Shown here one piece after another: positions 51,201 to 64,000 of a stretch of DNA of 64,000 nt. Where the stretch lies: positions 114,824,001-114,888,000 of the forward strand of contig OZ024744.1 in the NCBI GenBank assembly GCA_964016885.1, in the 5' to 3' direction. The stretch comes from Eledone cirrhosa (lineage: Eukaryota). Below the pieces are notes generated by a model. The model did no database searches and was not told the origin of the DNA. It saw nothing but the letters and a program-made list of their open reading frames with translations. Within the stretch, counting starts at the first letter, position 1; the number at the start of each line of letters is the position of its first letter. Both the position numbers and the translations under genes were made by a program.

Positions 51201-54200
51201 GTCGCTGTTGCTGCTGCGGTTGGTGTTGTCATCATTTCTGTTGTCTGACTTGTCGCTGTTGCTGCTGCGGTTGGTGTTGTCATTGTTTCTGTTGTCTGAC
51301 TTGTCGCTGTTGCTGCTGCGGTTGGTGTTGTCATCATTTCTGTTGTCTGACTTGTCGCTGTTGCTGCTGCGGTTGGTCTTGTCATTGTTTCTGTTGTCTG
51401 ACTTGTCGCTGTTGCTGCTGCGGTTGGTGTTGTCATCATTTCTGTTGTCTGACTTGTCGCTGTTGCTGCTGCGGTTGGTGTTGTCATCATTTCTGTTGTC
51501 TGACTTGTCGCTGTTGCTGCTGCGGTTGGTGTTGTCATTGTTTCTGTTGTCTGACTTGTCGCTGTTGCTGCTGCGGTTGGTGTTGTCATCATTTCTGTTG
51601 TCTGACTTGTCGCTGTTGCTGCTGCGGTTGGTGTTGTCATCATTTCTGTTGTCTGACTTGTCGCTGTTGCTGCTGCGGTTGGTGTTGTCATCATTTCTGT
51701 TGTCTGACTTGTCGCTGTTGCTGCTGCGGTTGGTGTTGTCATTGTTTCTGTTGTCTGACTTGTCGCTGTTGCTGCTGCGGTTGGTGTTGTCATCATTTCT
51801 GTTGTCTGTCTTGTCGCTGTTACTGCTGCGGTTGGTGTTGTCATTGTTTCTGTTGTCTGAGTTGTCGCTGTTGCTGCTGCGGTTGGTGTTGTCATCATTT
51901 CTGTTGTCTGTCTTGTCGCTGTTGCTGCTGCGGTTGGTGTTGTCATCATTTCTGTTGTCTGTCTTGTCGCTGTTGCTGCTGCGGTTGGTGTTGTCATCAT
52001 TTCTGTTGTCTGTCTTGTCGCTGTTACTGCTGCGGTTGGTGTTGTCATTGTTTCTGTTGTCTGAGTTGTCGCTGTTGCTGCTGCGGTTGGTGTTGTCATC
52101 ATTTCTGTTGTCTGTCTTGTCGCTGTTGCTGCTGCGGTTGGTGTTGTCATCATTTCTGTTGTCTGACTTGTCGCTGTTGCTGCTGCGGTTGGTGTTGTCA
52201 TTGTTTCTGTTGTCTGACTTGTCGCTGTTGCTGCTGTGGTTGGCGTTGTCATCATTTCTGTTGTCTGACTTGTCGCTGTTGCTGCTGCGGTTGGTGTTGT
52301 CATCATTTCTGTTGTCTGACTTGTCGCTGTTGCTGCTGCGGTTGGTGTTGTCATTGTTTCTGTTGTCTGACTTGTCGCTGCTGCTGCTGCGGTTGGTGTT
52401 GTCATCATTTCTGTTGTCTGACCTGTCGCTGTTGCTGCTGCGGTTGGTGTTGTCATTGTTTCTGTTGTCTGACTTGTCGCTGTTGCTGCTGTGGTTGGTG
52501 TTGTCATCATTTCTGTTGTCTGACTTGTCGCTGTTGCTGCTGCGGTTGGTGTTGTCATTGTTTCTGTTGTCTGACTTGTCGCTGTTGCTGCTGCGGTTGG
52601 TGTTGTCATTGTTTCTGTTGTCTGTCTTGTCGCTGTTGCTGCTGCGGTTGGTGTTGTCATCATTTCTGTTGTCTGACTTGTCGCTGTTGCTGCTGCGGTT
52701 GGTGTTGTCATTGTTTCTGTTGTCTGACTTGTCGCTGTTGCTGCTGTGGTTGGTGTTGTCATCATTTCTGTTGTCTGACTTGTCGCTGTTGCTGCTGCGG
52801 TTGGTGTTGTCATCATTTCTGTTGTCTGACTTGTCGCTGTTGCTGCTGCGGTTGGTGTTGTCATCATTTCTGTTGTCTGACCTGTCGCTGTTGCTGCTGC
52901 GGTTGGTGTTGTCATTGTTTCTGTTGTCTGTCTTGTCGCTGTTGCTGCTGCGGTTGGTGTTGTCATCATTTCTGTTGTCTGACTTGTCGCTGTTGCTGCT
53001 GCGGTTGGTGTTGTCATCATTTCTGTTGTCTGTCTTGTCGCTGTTGCTGCTGCGGTTGGTGTTGTCATCATTTCTGTTGTCTGACTTGTCGCTGTTGCTG
53101 CTGCGGTTGGTGTTGTCATTGTTTCTGTTGTCTGACTTGTCCCTGTTGCTGCTGTGGTTGGTGTTGTCATCATTTCTGTTGTCTGACTTGTCGCTGTTGC
53201 TGCTGCGGTTGGTGTTGTCATCATTTCTGTTGTCTGACTTGTCGCTGTTGCTGCTGCGGTTGGTGTTGTCATCATTTCTGTTGTCTGACTTGTCGCTGTT
53301 GCTGCTGCGGTTGGTGTTGTCATTGTTTCTGTTGTCTGACTTGTCGCTGTTGCTGCTGCGGTTGGTGTTGTCATTGTTTCTGTTGTCTGACTTGTCGCTG
53401 TTGCTGCTGCGGTTGGTGTTGTCATTGTTTCTGTTGTCTGACCTGTCGCTGTTGCTGCTGCGGTTGGTGTTGTCATCATTTCTGTTGTCTGACTTGTCGC
53501 TGTTGCTGCTGTGGTTGGTGTTGTCATTGTTTCTGTTGTCTGTCTTGTCGCTGTTGCTGCTGCGGTTGGTGTTGTCATTGTTTCTGTTGTCTGTCTTGTC
53601 GCTGTTGCTGCTGCGGTTGGTGTTGTCATCATTTCTGTTGTCTGACCTGTCGCTTTTGCTGCTGCGGTTGGTGTTGTCATCATTTCTGTTGTCTGTCTTG
53701 TCGCTGTTGCTGCTGCGGTTGGTGTTGTCATCATTTCTGTTGTCTGACTTGTCGCTGTTGCTGCTGCGGTTGGTGTTGTCATCATTTCTGTTGTCTGACT
53801 TGTCGCTGTTGCTGCTGCGGTTGGTGTTGTCATCATTTCTGTTGTCTGACTTGTCGCTGTTGCTGCTGCGGTTGGTGTTGTCATCATTTCTGTTGTCTGA
53901 CTTGTCGCTGTTGCTGCTGCGGTTGGTGTTGTCATCATTTCTGTTGTCTGACTTGTCGCTGTTGCTGCTGCGGTTGGTGTTGTCATTGTTTCTGTTGTCT
54001 GTCTTGTCGCTGTTGCTGCTGCGGTTGGTGTTGTCATTGTTTCTGTTGTCTGACTTGTCGCTGTTGCTGCTGCGGTTGGTGTTGTCATCATTTCTGTTGT
54101 CTGACTTGTCGCTGTTGCTGCTGCGGTTGGTGTTGTCATTGTTTCTGTTGTCTGACTTGTCGCTGTTGCTGCTGTGGTTGGTGTTGTCATCGTTTCTGTT

Positions 54201-57200
54201 GTCTGACTTGTCGCTGTTGCTGCTGCGGTTGGTGTTGTCATCATTTCTGTTGTCTGACTTGTCGCTGTTGCTGCTGCGGTTGGTGTTGTCATCGTTTCTG
54301 TTGTCTGACTTGTCGCTGTTGCTGCTGCGGTTGGTGTTGTCATCATTTCTGTTGTCTGACCTGTCGCTGTTACTGCTGCGGTTGGTGTTGTCATCATTTC
54401 TGTTGTCTGACTTGTCGCTGTTGCTGCTGCGGTTGGTGTTGTCATCATTTCTGTTGTCTGACTTGTCGCTGTTACTGCTGCGGTTGGTGTTGTCATTGTT
54501 TCTGTTGTCTGACTTGTCGCTGTTGCTGCTGCGGTTGGTGTTGTCATCATTTCTGTTGTCTGACTTGTCGCTGTTGCTGCTGCGGTTGGTGTTGTCATTG
54601 TTTCTGTTGTCTGACTTGTCGCTGTTGCTGCTGCGGTTGGTGTTGTCATCATTTCTGTTGTCTGACTTGTCGCTGTTGCTGCTGCGGTTGGTGTTGTCAT
54701 TGTTTCTGTTGTCTGACTTGTCGCTGTTGCTGCTGCGGTTGGTGTTGTCATCATTTCTGTTGTCTGACTTGTCGCTGTTGCTGCTGCGGATGGTGTTGTC
54801 ATGATTTCTGTTGTCTGTCTTGTCGCTGTTGCTGCTGCGGTTGGTGTTGTCATTGTTTCTGTTGTCTGACTTGTCGCTGTTGCTGCTGCGGTTGGTGTTG
54901 TCATCATTTCTGTTGTCTGACTTGTCGCTGTTGCTGCTGCGGTTGGTGTTGTCATTGTTTCTGTTGTCTGTCTTGTCGCTGTTGCTGCTGCGGTTGGTGT
55001 TGTCATCATTTCTGTTGTCTGACTTGTCGCTGTTGCTGCTGCGGTTGGTGTTGTCATCATTTCTGTTGTCTGACTTGTCGCTGTTGCTGCTGCGGTTGGT
55101 GTTGTCATCATTTCTGTTGTCTGACTTGTCGCTGTTGCTGCTGCAGTTGGTGTTGTCATAATTTCTGTTGTCTGACTTGTCGCTGTTGCTGCTGCGGTTG
55201 GTGTTGTCATCATTTCTGTTGTCTGACTTGTCGCTGTTGCTGCTGCGGTTGGTGTTGTCATCATTTCTGTTGTCTGACTTGTCGCTGTCGCTGCTGCGGT
55301 TGGTGTTGTCATCATTTCTGTTGTTTGACTTGTCGCTGTTGCTGCTGCGGTTGGTGTTGTCATCATTTCTGTTGTCTGACTTGTCGCTGCTGCTGCTGCG
55401 GTTGGTGTTGTCATAATTTCTGTTGTCTGACTTGTCGCTGTTGCTGCTGCGGTTGGTGTTGTCATCATTTCTGTTGTCTGACTTGTCGTTGTTGCTGCTG
55501 CGGTTGGTGTTGTCATCATTTCTGTTGTCTGACTTGTCGCTGTCGCTGCTGCGGTTGGTGTTGTCATCATTTCTGTTGTCTGTCTTGTCGCTGTTGCTGC
55601 TGCGGTTGGTGTTGTCATCATTTCTGTTGCCTGACTTGTCGCTGTTGCTGCTGCGGTTGGTGTTGTCATTGTTTCTGTTGTCTGTCTTGTCGCTGTTGCT
55701 GCTGCGGTTGGTGTTGTCATCATTTCTGTTGTCTGACTTGTCGCTGTTGCTGCTGCGGTTGGTGTTGTCATCATTTCTGTTGTCTGACTTGTCGCTGCTG
55801 CTGCTGCGGTTGGTGTTGTCATCATTTCTGTTGTCTGACTTGTCGCTGTTGCTGCTGCGGTTGGTGTTGTCATCATTTCTGTTGTCTGACTTGTCGCTGC
55901 AGCTGCTGCGGTTGGTGTTGTCATCATTTCTGTTGTCTGACTTGTCGCTGTTGCTGCTGCGGTTGGTGTTGTCATCATTTCTGTTGTCTGACTTGTCGCT
56001 GTTGCTGCTGCGGTTGGTGTTGTCATCATTTCTGTTGTCTGACTTGTCGCTGTTGCTGCTGCGGTTGGTGTTGTCATTGTTTCTGTTGTCTGACTTGTCG
56101 CTGTTGCTGCTGCGGTTGGTGTTGTCATCATTTCTGTTGTCTGACTTGTCGCTGTTGCTGCTGCGGTTGGTGTTGTCATCATTTCTGTTGTCTGACCTGT
56201 CGCTGTTGCTGCTGCGGTTGGTGTTGTCATTGTTTCTGTTGTCTGACTTGTCGCTGTTGCTGCTGCGGTTGGTGTTGTCATCATTTCTGTTGTCTGTCTT
56301 GTCGCTGTTGCTGCTGCGGTTGGTGTTGTCATTGTTTCTGTTGTCTGTCTTGTCGCTGTTGCTGCTGCGGTTGGTGTTGTCATCATTTCTGTTGTCTGAC
56401 TTGTCGCTGTTGCTGCTGCAGTTGGTGTTGTCATTGTTTCTGTTGTCTGTCTTGTCGCTGTTGCTGCTGCGGTTGGTGTTGTCATCATTTCTGTTGTCTG
56501 ACTTGTCGCTGTTGCTGCTGCGGTTGGTGTTGTCGTCATTTCTGTTGTCTGACTTGTCGCTGTTGCTGCTGCGGTTGGTGTTTTCGTCATTTCTGTTGTC
56601 TGATCTGTCGCTGTTGCTGCTGCGGTTGGTGTTGTCATTGTTTCTGTTGTCTGACTTGTCGCTGTTGCTGCAGCAGTTGGTGTTGTCGTCATTTCTGTTG
56701 TCTGACTTGTCGCTGTTGCTGCTGCGGTTGGTGTTTTCGTCATTTCTGTTGTCTGATCTGTCGCTGTTGCTGCTGCGGTTGGTGTTGTCATTGTTTCTGT
56801 TGTCTGTCTTGTCGCTGTTGCTGCTGCAGTTGGTGTTGTCATCATTTCTGTTGTCTGACCTGTCGCTGTTGCTGCTGCGGTTGGTGTTGTCATCATTTCT
56901 GTTGTCTGTCTTGTCGCTGTTGCTGCTGCGGTTGGTGTTGTCATTGTTTCTGTTGTCTGACTTGTCGCTGTTGCTTCTGCGGTTGGTGTTGTCATCATTT
57001 CTGTTGTCTGACTTGTCGCTGTTGCTGCTGCAGTTGGTGTTGTCGTCATTTCTGTTGTCTGACTTGTCGCTGTTGCTGCTGCGGTTGGTGTTTTCGTCAT
57101 TTCTGTTGTCTGATCTGTCGCTGTTGCTGCTGCGGTTGGTGTTGTCATTGTTTCTGTTGTCTGTCTTGTCGCTGTTGCTGCTGCGGTTGGTGTTGTCATC

Positions 57201-60200
57201 ATTTCTGTTGTCTGACCTGTCGCTGTTGCTGCTGCGGTTGGTGTTGTCATCATTTCTGTTGTCTGTCTTGTCGCTGTTGCTGCTGCGGTTGGTGTTGTCA
57301 TTGTTTCTGTTGTCTGACTTGTCGCTGTTGCTTCTGCGGTTGGTGTTGTCATCATTTCTGTTGTCTGACTTGTCGCTGTTGCTGCTGCGGTTGGTGTTGT
57401 CATCATTTCTGTTGTCTGACTTGTCGCTGTTGCTGCTGCGGTTGGTGTTGTCATCATTTCTGTTGTCTGACTTGTCGCTGTTGCTGCTGCGGTTGGTGTT
57501 GTCATTGTTTCTGTTGTCTGACTTGTCGCTGTTGCTGCTGTGGTTGGTGTTGTCATCATTTCTGTTGTCTGACTTGTCGCTGCTGCTGCTGCGGTTGGTG
57601 TTGTCGTCATTTCTGTTGTCTGACTTGTTGCTGTTGCTGCTGCGGTTGGTGTTGTCATTGTTTCTGTTGTCTGACTTGTCGCTGTTGCTGCTGCGGTTGG
57701 TGTTGTCATTGTTTCTGTTGTCTGACTTGTCGCTGTTGCTGCTGCGGTTGGTGTTGTCATCATTTCTGTTGTCTGAGTTGTCGCTGTTGCTGCTGCTGTT
57801 GGTGTTGTCATCATTTCTGTTGTCTGACTTGTCGCTGTTGCTGCTGCGGTTGGTGTTGTCATTGTTTCTGTTGTCTGACTTGTCGCTGTTGCTGCTGCGG
57901 TTGGTGTTGTCATCATTTCTGTTGTCTGTCTTGTCGCTGTTGCTGCTGCGGTTGGTGTTGTCATTGTTTCTGTTGTCTGACTTGTCGCTGTTGCTGCTGC
58001 GGTTGGTGTTGTCATCATTTCTGTTGTCTGACTTGTCGCTGCTGCTGCTGCGGTTGGTGTTGTCATCATTTCTGTTGTCTGACTTGTCGCTGTTGCTGCT
58101 GCGGTTGGTGTTGTCATTGTTTCTGTTGTCTGACTTGTCGCTGTTGCTGCTGCGGTTGGTGTTGTCATCATTTCTGTTGTCTGACTTGTCGCTGTTGCTT
58201 CTGCGGTTGGTGTTGTCGTCATTTCTGTTGTCTGACTTGTCGCTGTTGCTGCTGCGGTTGGTGTTGTCATCATTTCTGTTGTCTGACTTGTCGCTGTTGC
58301 TGCTGCGGTTGGTGTTGTCATCATTTCTGTTGTCTGTCTTGTCGCTGTTGCTGCTGCGGTTGGTGTTGTCATTGTTTCTGTTGTCTGACTTGTCGCTGTT
58401 GCTGCTGCGGTTGGTGTTGTCATCATTTCTGTTGTCTGACTTGTCGCTGTTGCTGCTGCGGTTGGTGTTGTCATTGTTTCTGTTGTCTGTCTTGTCGCTG
58501 TTGCTGCTGCGGTTGGTGTTGTCATCATTTCTGTTGTCTGACTTGTCGCTGTTGCTGCTGCGGTTGGTGTTGTCATCATTTCTGTTGTCTGACTTGTCGC
58601 TGTTGCTGCTGCGGTTGGTGTTGTCATCATTTCTGTTGTCTGACTTGTCGCTGTTGCTGCTGCAGTTGGTGTTGTCATAATTTCTGTTGTCTGACTTGTC
58701 GCTGTTGCTGCTGCGGTTGGTGTTGTCATCATTTCTGTTGTCTGACTTGTCGCTGTTGCTGCTGCGGTTGGTGTTGTCATCATTTCTGTTGTCTGACTTG
58801 TCGCTGTCGCTGCTGCGGTTGGTGTTGTCATCATTTCTGTTGTTTGACTTGTCGCTGTTGCTGCTGCGGTTGGTGTTGTCATCATTTCTGTTGTCTGTCT
58901 TGTCGCTGTTGCTGCTGCGGTTGGTGTTGTCATCATTTCTGTTGCCTGACTTGTCGCTGTTGCTGCTGCGGTTGGTGTTGTCATTGTTTCTGTTGTCTGT
59001 CTTGTCGCTGTTGCTGCTGCGGTTGGTGTTGTCATCATTTCTGTTGTCTGACTTGTCGCTGTTGCTGCTGCGGTTGGTGTTGTCATCATTTCTGTTGTCT
59101 GACTTGTCGCTGTTGCTTCTGCGGTTGGTGTTGTCATCATTTCTGTTGTCTGACTTGTCGCTGTTGCTGCTGCGGTTGGTGTTGTCATCATTTCTGTTGT
59201 CTGACTTGTCGCTGTTGCTGCTGCGGTTGGTGTTGTCATCATTTCTGTTGTCTGACTTGTCGCTGTTGCTGCTGCGGTTGGTGTTGTCGTCATTTCTGTT
59301 GTCTGACTTGTCGCTGTTGCTGCTGCGGTTGGTGTTGTCATTGTTTCTGTTGTCTGACTTGTCGCTGTTGCTGCTGCGGTTGGTGTTGTCATTGTTTCTG
59401 TTGTCTGACTTGTCGCTGTTGCTGCTGCGGTTGGTGTTGTCATCATTTCTGTTGTCTGAGTTGTCGCTGTTGCTGCTGCTGTTGGTGTTGTCATCATTTC
59501 TGTTGTCTGACTTGTCGCTGTTGCTGCTGCGGTTGGTGTTGTCATTGTTTCTGTTGTCTGACTTGTCGCTGTTGCTGCTGCGGTTGGTGTTGTCATCATT
59601 TCTGTTGTCTGTCTTGTCGCTGTTGCTGCTGCGGTTGGTGTTGTCATTGTTTCTGTTGTCTGACTTGTCGCTGTTGTTGCTGCGGTTGGTGTTGTCATCA
59701 TTTCTGTTGTCTGACTTGTCGCTGCTGCTGCTGCGGTTGGTGTTGTCATCATTTCTGTTGTCTGACTTGTCGCTGTTGCTGCTGCGGTTGGTGTTGTCAT
59801 TGTTTCTGTTGTCTGACTTGTCGCTGTTGCTACTGCGGTTGGTGTTGTCATCATTTCTGTTGTCTGACTTGTCGCTGCTGCTGCTGCGGTTGGTGTTGTC
59901 ATCATTTCTGTTGTCTGACTTGTCGCTGTTGCTGCTGCGGTTGGTGTTGTCATCATTTCTGTTGTCTGACTTGTCGCTGTTGCTGCTGCGGTTGGTGTTG
60001 TCATCATTTCTGTTGTCTGACTTGTCGCTGTTGCTGCTGCGGTTGGTGTTGTCATTGTTTCTGTTGTCTGACTTGTCGCTGTTGCTGCTGCGGTTGGTGT
60101 TGTCATCATTTCTGTTGTCTGACTTGTCGCTGTTGCTGCTGCGGTTGGTGTTGTCATCATTTCTGTTGTCTGACCTGTCGCTGTTGCTGCTGCGGTTGGT

Positions 60201-63200
60201 GTTGTCATTGTTTCTGTTGTCTGACTTGTCGCTGTTGCTGCTGCGGTTGGTGTTGTCATCATTTCTGTTGTCTGTCTTGTCGCTGTTGCTGCTGCGGTTG
60301 GTGTTGTCATTGTTTCTGTTGTCTGTCTTGTCGCTGTTGCTGCTGCGGTTGGTGTTGTCATCATTTCTGTTGTCTGACTTGTCGCTGTTGCTGCTGCGGT
60401 TGGTGTTGTCATTGTTTCTGTTGTCTGACTTGTCGCTGTTGCTGCTGCGGTTGGTGTTGTCATCATTTCTGTTGTCTGACTTGTCGCTGTTGCTGCTGCA
60501 GTTGGTGTTGTCATTGTTTCTGTTGTCTGTCTTGTCGCTGTTGCTGCTGCGGTTGGTGTTGTCATCATTTCTGTTGTCTGACTTGTCGCTGTTGCTGCTG
60601 CGGTTGGTGTTGTCATTGTTTCTGTTGTCTGACTTGTCGCTGTTGCTGCTGCGGTTGGTGTTGTCATCATTTCTGTTGTCTGACTTGTCGCTGTTGCTGC
60701 TGCGGTTGGTGTTGTCGTCATTTCTGTTGTCTGTCTTGTCGCTGTTGCTGCTGCGGTTGGTGTTGTCATCATTTCTGTTGTCTGACCTGTCGCTGTTGCT
60801 GCTGCGGTTGGTGTTGTCATTGTTTCTGTTGTCTGACTTGTCGCTGTTGCTGCTGCGGTTGGTGTTGTCATTGTTTCTGTTGTCTGACTTGTCGCTGTTG
60901 CTGCTGCGGTTGGTGTTGTCTTTGTTTCTGTTGTCTGACCTGTCGCTGTTGCTGCTGCGGTTGGTGTTGTCATCATTACTGTTGTCTGACTTGTCGCTGT
61001 TGCTGCTGCGGTTGGTGTTGTCATTGTTTCTGTTGTCTGTCTTGTCGCTGTTGCTGCTGCGGTTGGTGTTGTCATTGTTTCTGTTGTCTGACTTGTCGCT
61101 GTTGCTGCTGCGGTTGGTGTTGTCATTGTTTCTGTTGTCTGACTTGTCGCTGTTGCTGCTGCGGTTGGTGTTGTCATTGTTTCTGTTGTCTGACCTGTCG
61201 CTGTTGCTGCTGCGGTTGGTGTTGTCATCATTACTGTTGTCTGACTTGTCGCTGTTGCTGCTGCGGTTGGTGTTGTCATTGTTTCTGTTGTCTGTCTTGT
61301 CGCTGTTGCTGCTGCGGTTGGTGTTGTCATCATTTCTGTTGTCTGACCTGTCGCTGTTGCTGCTGCGGTTGGTGTTGTCATCATTTCTGTTGTCTGACCT
61401 GTCGCTGTTGCTGCTGCGGTTGGTGTTGTCATCATTTCTGTTGTCTGACTTGTCGCTCTTGCTGCTGCGGTTGGTGTTGTCATCATTTCTGTTGTCTGAC
61501 TTGTCGCTGTTGCTGCTGCGGTTGGTGTTGTCATCATTTCTGTTGTCTCTCTTGTTGCTGTTGCTGCTGCGGTTGGTGTTGTCATCATTTCTGTTGTCTG
61601 ACTTGTCGCTGTTGCTGCTGCGGTTGGTGTTGTCATTGTTTCTGTTGTCTGACTTGTCGCTGTTGCTGCTGCGGTTGGTGTTGTCATCATTTCTGTTGTC
61701 TGACTTGTCGCTGTTGCTGCTGCAGTTGGTGTTGTCGTCATTTCTGTTGTCTGACTTGTCGCTGTTGCTGCTGCGGTTGGTGTTGTCATCATTTCTGTTG
61801 TCTGTCTTGTCGCTGTTGCTGCTGCAGTTGGTGTTGTCGTCATTTCTGTTGTCTGACTTGTCGCTGTTGCTGCTGCGGTTGGTGTTTTCGTCATTTCTGT
61901 TGTCTGATCTGTCGCTGTTGCTGCTGCGGTTGGTGTTGTCATTGTTTCTGTTGTCTGTCTTGTCGCTGTTGCTGCTGCGGTTGGTGTTGTCATCATTTCT
62001 GTTGTCTGACCTGTCGCTGTTGCTGCTGCGGTTGGTGTTGTCATCATTTCTGTTGTCTGTCTTGTCGCTGTTGCTGCTGCGGTTGGTGTTGTCATTGTTT
62101 CTGTTGTCTGACTTGTCGCTGTTGCTTCTGCGGTTGGTGTTGTCATCATTTCTGTTGTCTGACTTGTCGCTGTTGCTGCTGCGGTTGGTGTTGTCATCAT
62201 TTCTGTTGTCTGACTTGTCGCTGTTGTTGCTGCGGTTGGTGTTGTCATCATTTCTGTTGTCTGACTTGTCGCTGTTGCTGCTGCGGTTGGTGTTGTCGTC
62301 ATTTCTGTTGTCTGACTTGTCGCTGTTGCTGCTGCGGTTGGTGTTGTCATTGTTTCTGTTGTCTGACTTGTCGCTGTTGCTGCTGCGGTTGGTGTTGTCA
62401 TTGTTTCTGTTGTCTGACTTGTCGCTGTTGCTGCTGCGGTTGGTGTTGTCATCATTTCTGTTGTCTGAGTTGTCGCTGTTGCTGCTGCTGTTGGTGTTGT
62501 CATCATTTCTGTTGTCTGACTTGTCGCTGTTGCTGCTGCGGTTGGTGTTGTCATTGTTTCTGTTGTCTGACTTGTCGCTGTTGCTGCTGCGGTTGGTGTT
62601 GTCATCATTTCTGTTGTCTGTCTTGTCGCTGTTGCTGCTGCGGTTGGTGTTGTCATTGTTTCTGTTGTCTGACTTGTCGCTGTTGCTGCTGCGGTTGGTG
62701 TTGTCATTGTTTCTGTTGTCTGACTTGTCGCTGTTGCTGCTGCGGTTGGTGTTGTCATTGTTTCTGTTGTCTGACTTGTCGCTGTTGCTGCTGCGGTTGG
62801 TGTTGTCATCATTTCTGTTGTCTGAGTTGTCGCTGTTGCTGCTGCTGTTGGTGTTGTCATAATTTCTGTTGTCTGACTTGTCGCTGTTCCTGCTGCGGTT
62901 GGTGTTGTCATTGTTTCTGTTGTCTGACTTGTCGCTGTTGCTGCTGCGGTTGGTGTTGTCATCATTTCTGTTGTCTGTCTTGTCGCTGTTGCTGCTGCGG
63001 TTGGTGTTGTCATTGTTTCTGTTGTCTGACTTGTCGCTGTTGCTGCTGCGGTTGGTGTTGTCATCATTTCTGTTGTCTGTCTTGTCGCTGCTGCTGCTGC
63101 GGTTGGTGTTGTCATCATTTCTGTTGTCTGACTTGTCGCTGTTGCTGCTGCGGTTGGTGTTGTCATTGTTTCTGTTGTCTGACTTGTCGCTGTTGCTGCT

Positions 63201-64000
63201 GCGGTTGGTGTTGTCATCATTTCTGTTGTCTGACTTGTCGCTGCTGCTGCTGCGGTTGGTGTTGTCATCATTTCTGTTGTCTGACTTGTCGCTGTTGCTG
63301 CTGCGGTTGGTGTTGTCATCATTTCTGTTGTCTGACTTGTCGCTGTTGCTGCTGCGGTTGGTGTTGTCATCATTTCTGTTGTCTGACTTGTCGCTGTTGC
63401 TGCTGCGGTTGGTGTTGTCATTGTTTCTGTTGTCTGACTTGTCGCTGTTGCTGCTGCGGTTGGTGTTGTCATCATTTCTGTTGTCTGACTTGTCGCTGTT
63501 GCTGCTGCGGTTGGTGTTGTCATCATTTCTGTTGTCTGACCTGTCGCTGTTGCTGCTGCGGTTGGTGTTGTCATTGTTTCTGTTGTCTGACTTGTCGCTG
63601 TTGCTGCTGCGGTTGGTGTTGTCATCATTTCTGTTGTCTGTCTTGTCGCTGTTGCTGCTGCGGTTGGTGTTGTCATTGTTTCTGTTGTCTGTCTTGTCGC
63701 TGTTGCTGCTGCGGTTGGTGTTGTCATCATTTCTGTTGTCTGACTTGTCGCTGTTGCTGCTGCGGTTGGTGTTGTCATTGTTTCTGTTGTCTGACTTGTC
63801 GCTGTTGCTGCTGCGGTTGGTGTTGTCATCATTTCTGTTGTCTGACTTGTCGCTGTTGCTGCTGCAGTTGGTGTTGTCATTGTTTCTGTTGTCTGTCTTG
63901 TCGCTGTTGCTGCTGCGGTTGGTGTTGTCATCATTTCTGTTGTCTGACTTGTCGCTGTTGCTGCTGCGGTTTGTGTTGTCATTGTTTCTGTTGTCTGACT
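42296..64000. repeat. 51-bp minisatellite array, ~425 copies in window, continues past window end
   Basis: Unit TCATTTCTGTTGTCTGACTTGTCGCTGTTGCTGCTGCGGTTGGTGTTGTCA. The reading frame is kept for 21.7 kb (no frameshifting indels), with only point variants. Confidence 0.98.

Noticed and set aside
42073-62862. Leu-rich multi-thousand-aa ORFs on the plus strand
   Set aside because: Antisense reading of the same satellite, broken by sporadic stops.
42254-63982. 7242-aa Thr/Ala-rich 'mucin' ORF on the minus strand
   Set aside because: It is the translation of a 51-bp satellite. Only 2 of 153 possible single-base changes create a stop in this frame, so an open frame is expected at low divergence. 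It has no non-repeat domain, and a different frame is the one joined to the adjacent LINE ORF1. It cannot be fully excluded because the array's far end is outside the window.
42296-64000. CRISPR-like regular repeat
   Set aside because: There are no unique spacers, the context is eukaryotic and no cas genes are present.

Overview
Eukaryotic, repeat-dominated window with no convincing host protein-coding gene. It is probably from an octopod cephalopod, inferred from recalled similarity of the SINE and RTE tails and the very dense (TA)n/(CA)n microsatellites. Positions 1-23 kb are a microsatellite-rich patchwork of tRNA-derived SINEs, Helitron-like and hAT MITE pieces, an R4/Dong 3' end, a 5'-inverted RTE LINE and many fold-back palindromes. 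Positions 25-42 kb hold an RTE LINE and a stack of Tx1/L1-clade (minus strand) and R4/Dong (plus strand) retrotransposons that meet at (TAA)n tracts. From 42.3 kb to the end is a >21.7 kb, apparently indel-free 51-bp minisatellite that runs in frame into ORF1 of a Tx1 copy. The main finding is eight minimal type I hammerhead-ribozyme motifs (CUGAUGA...GAAA...AUA) at 5.7-16.7 kb. They show compensatory stem-II covariation and sit in short non-coding modules between (TA)n tracts, four of them as two back-to-back pairs in fold-backs, consistent with a Penelope-like or retrozyme-type non-autonomous element family.
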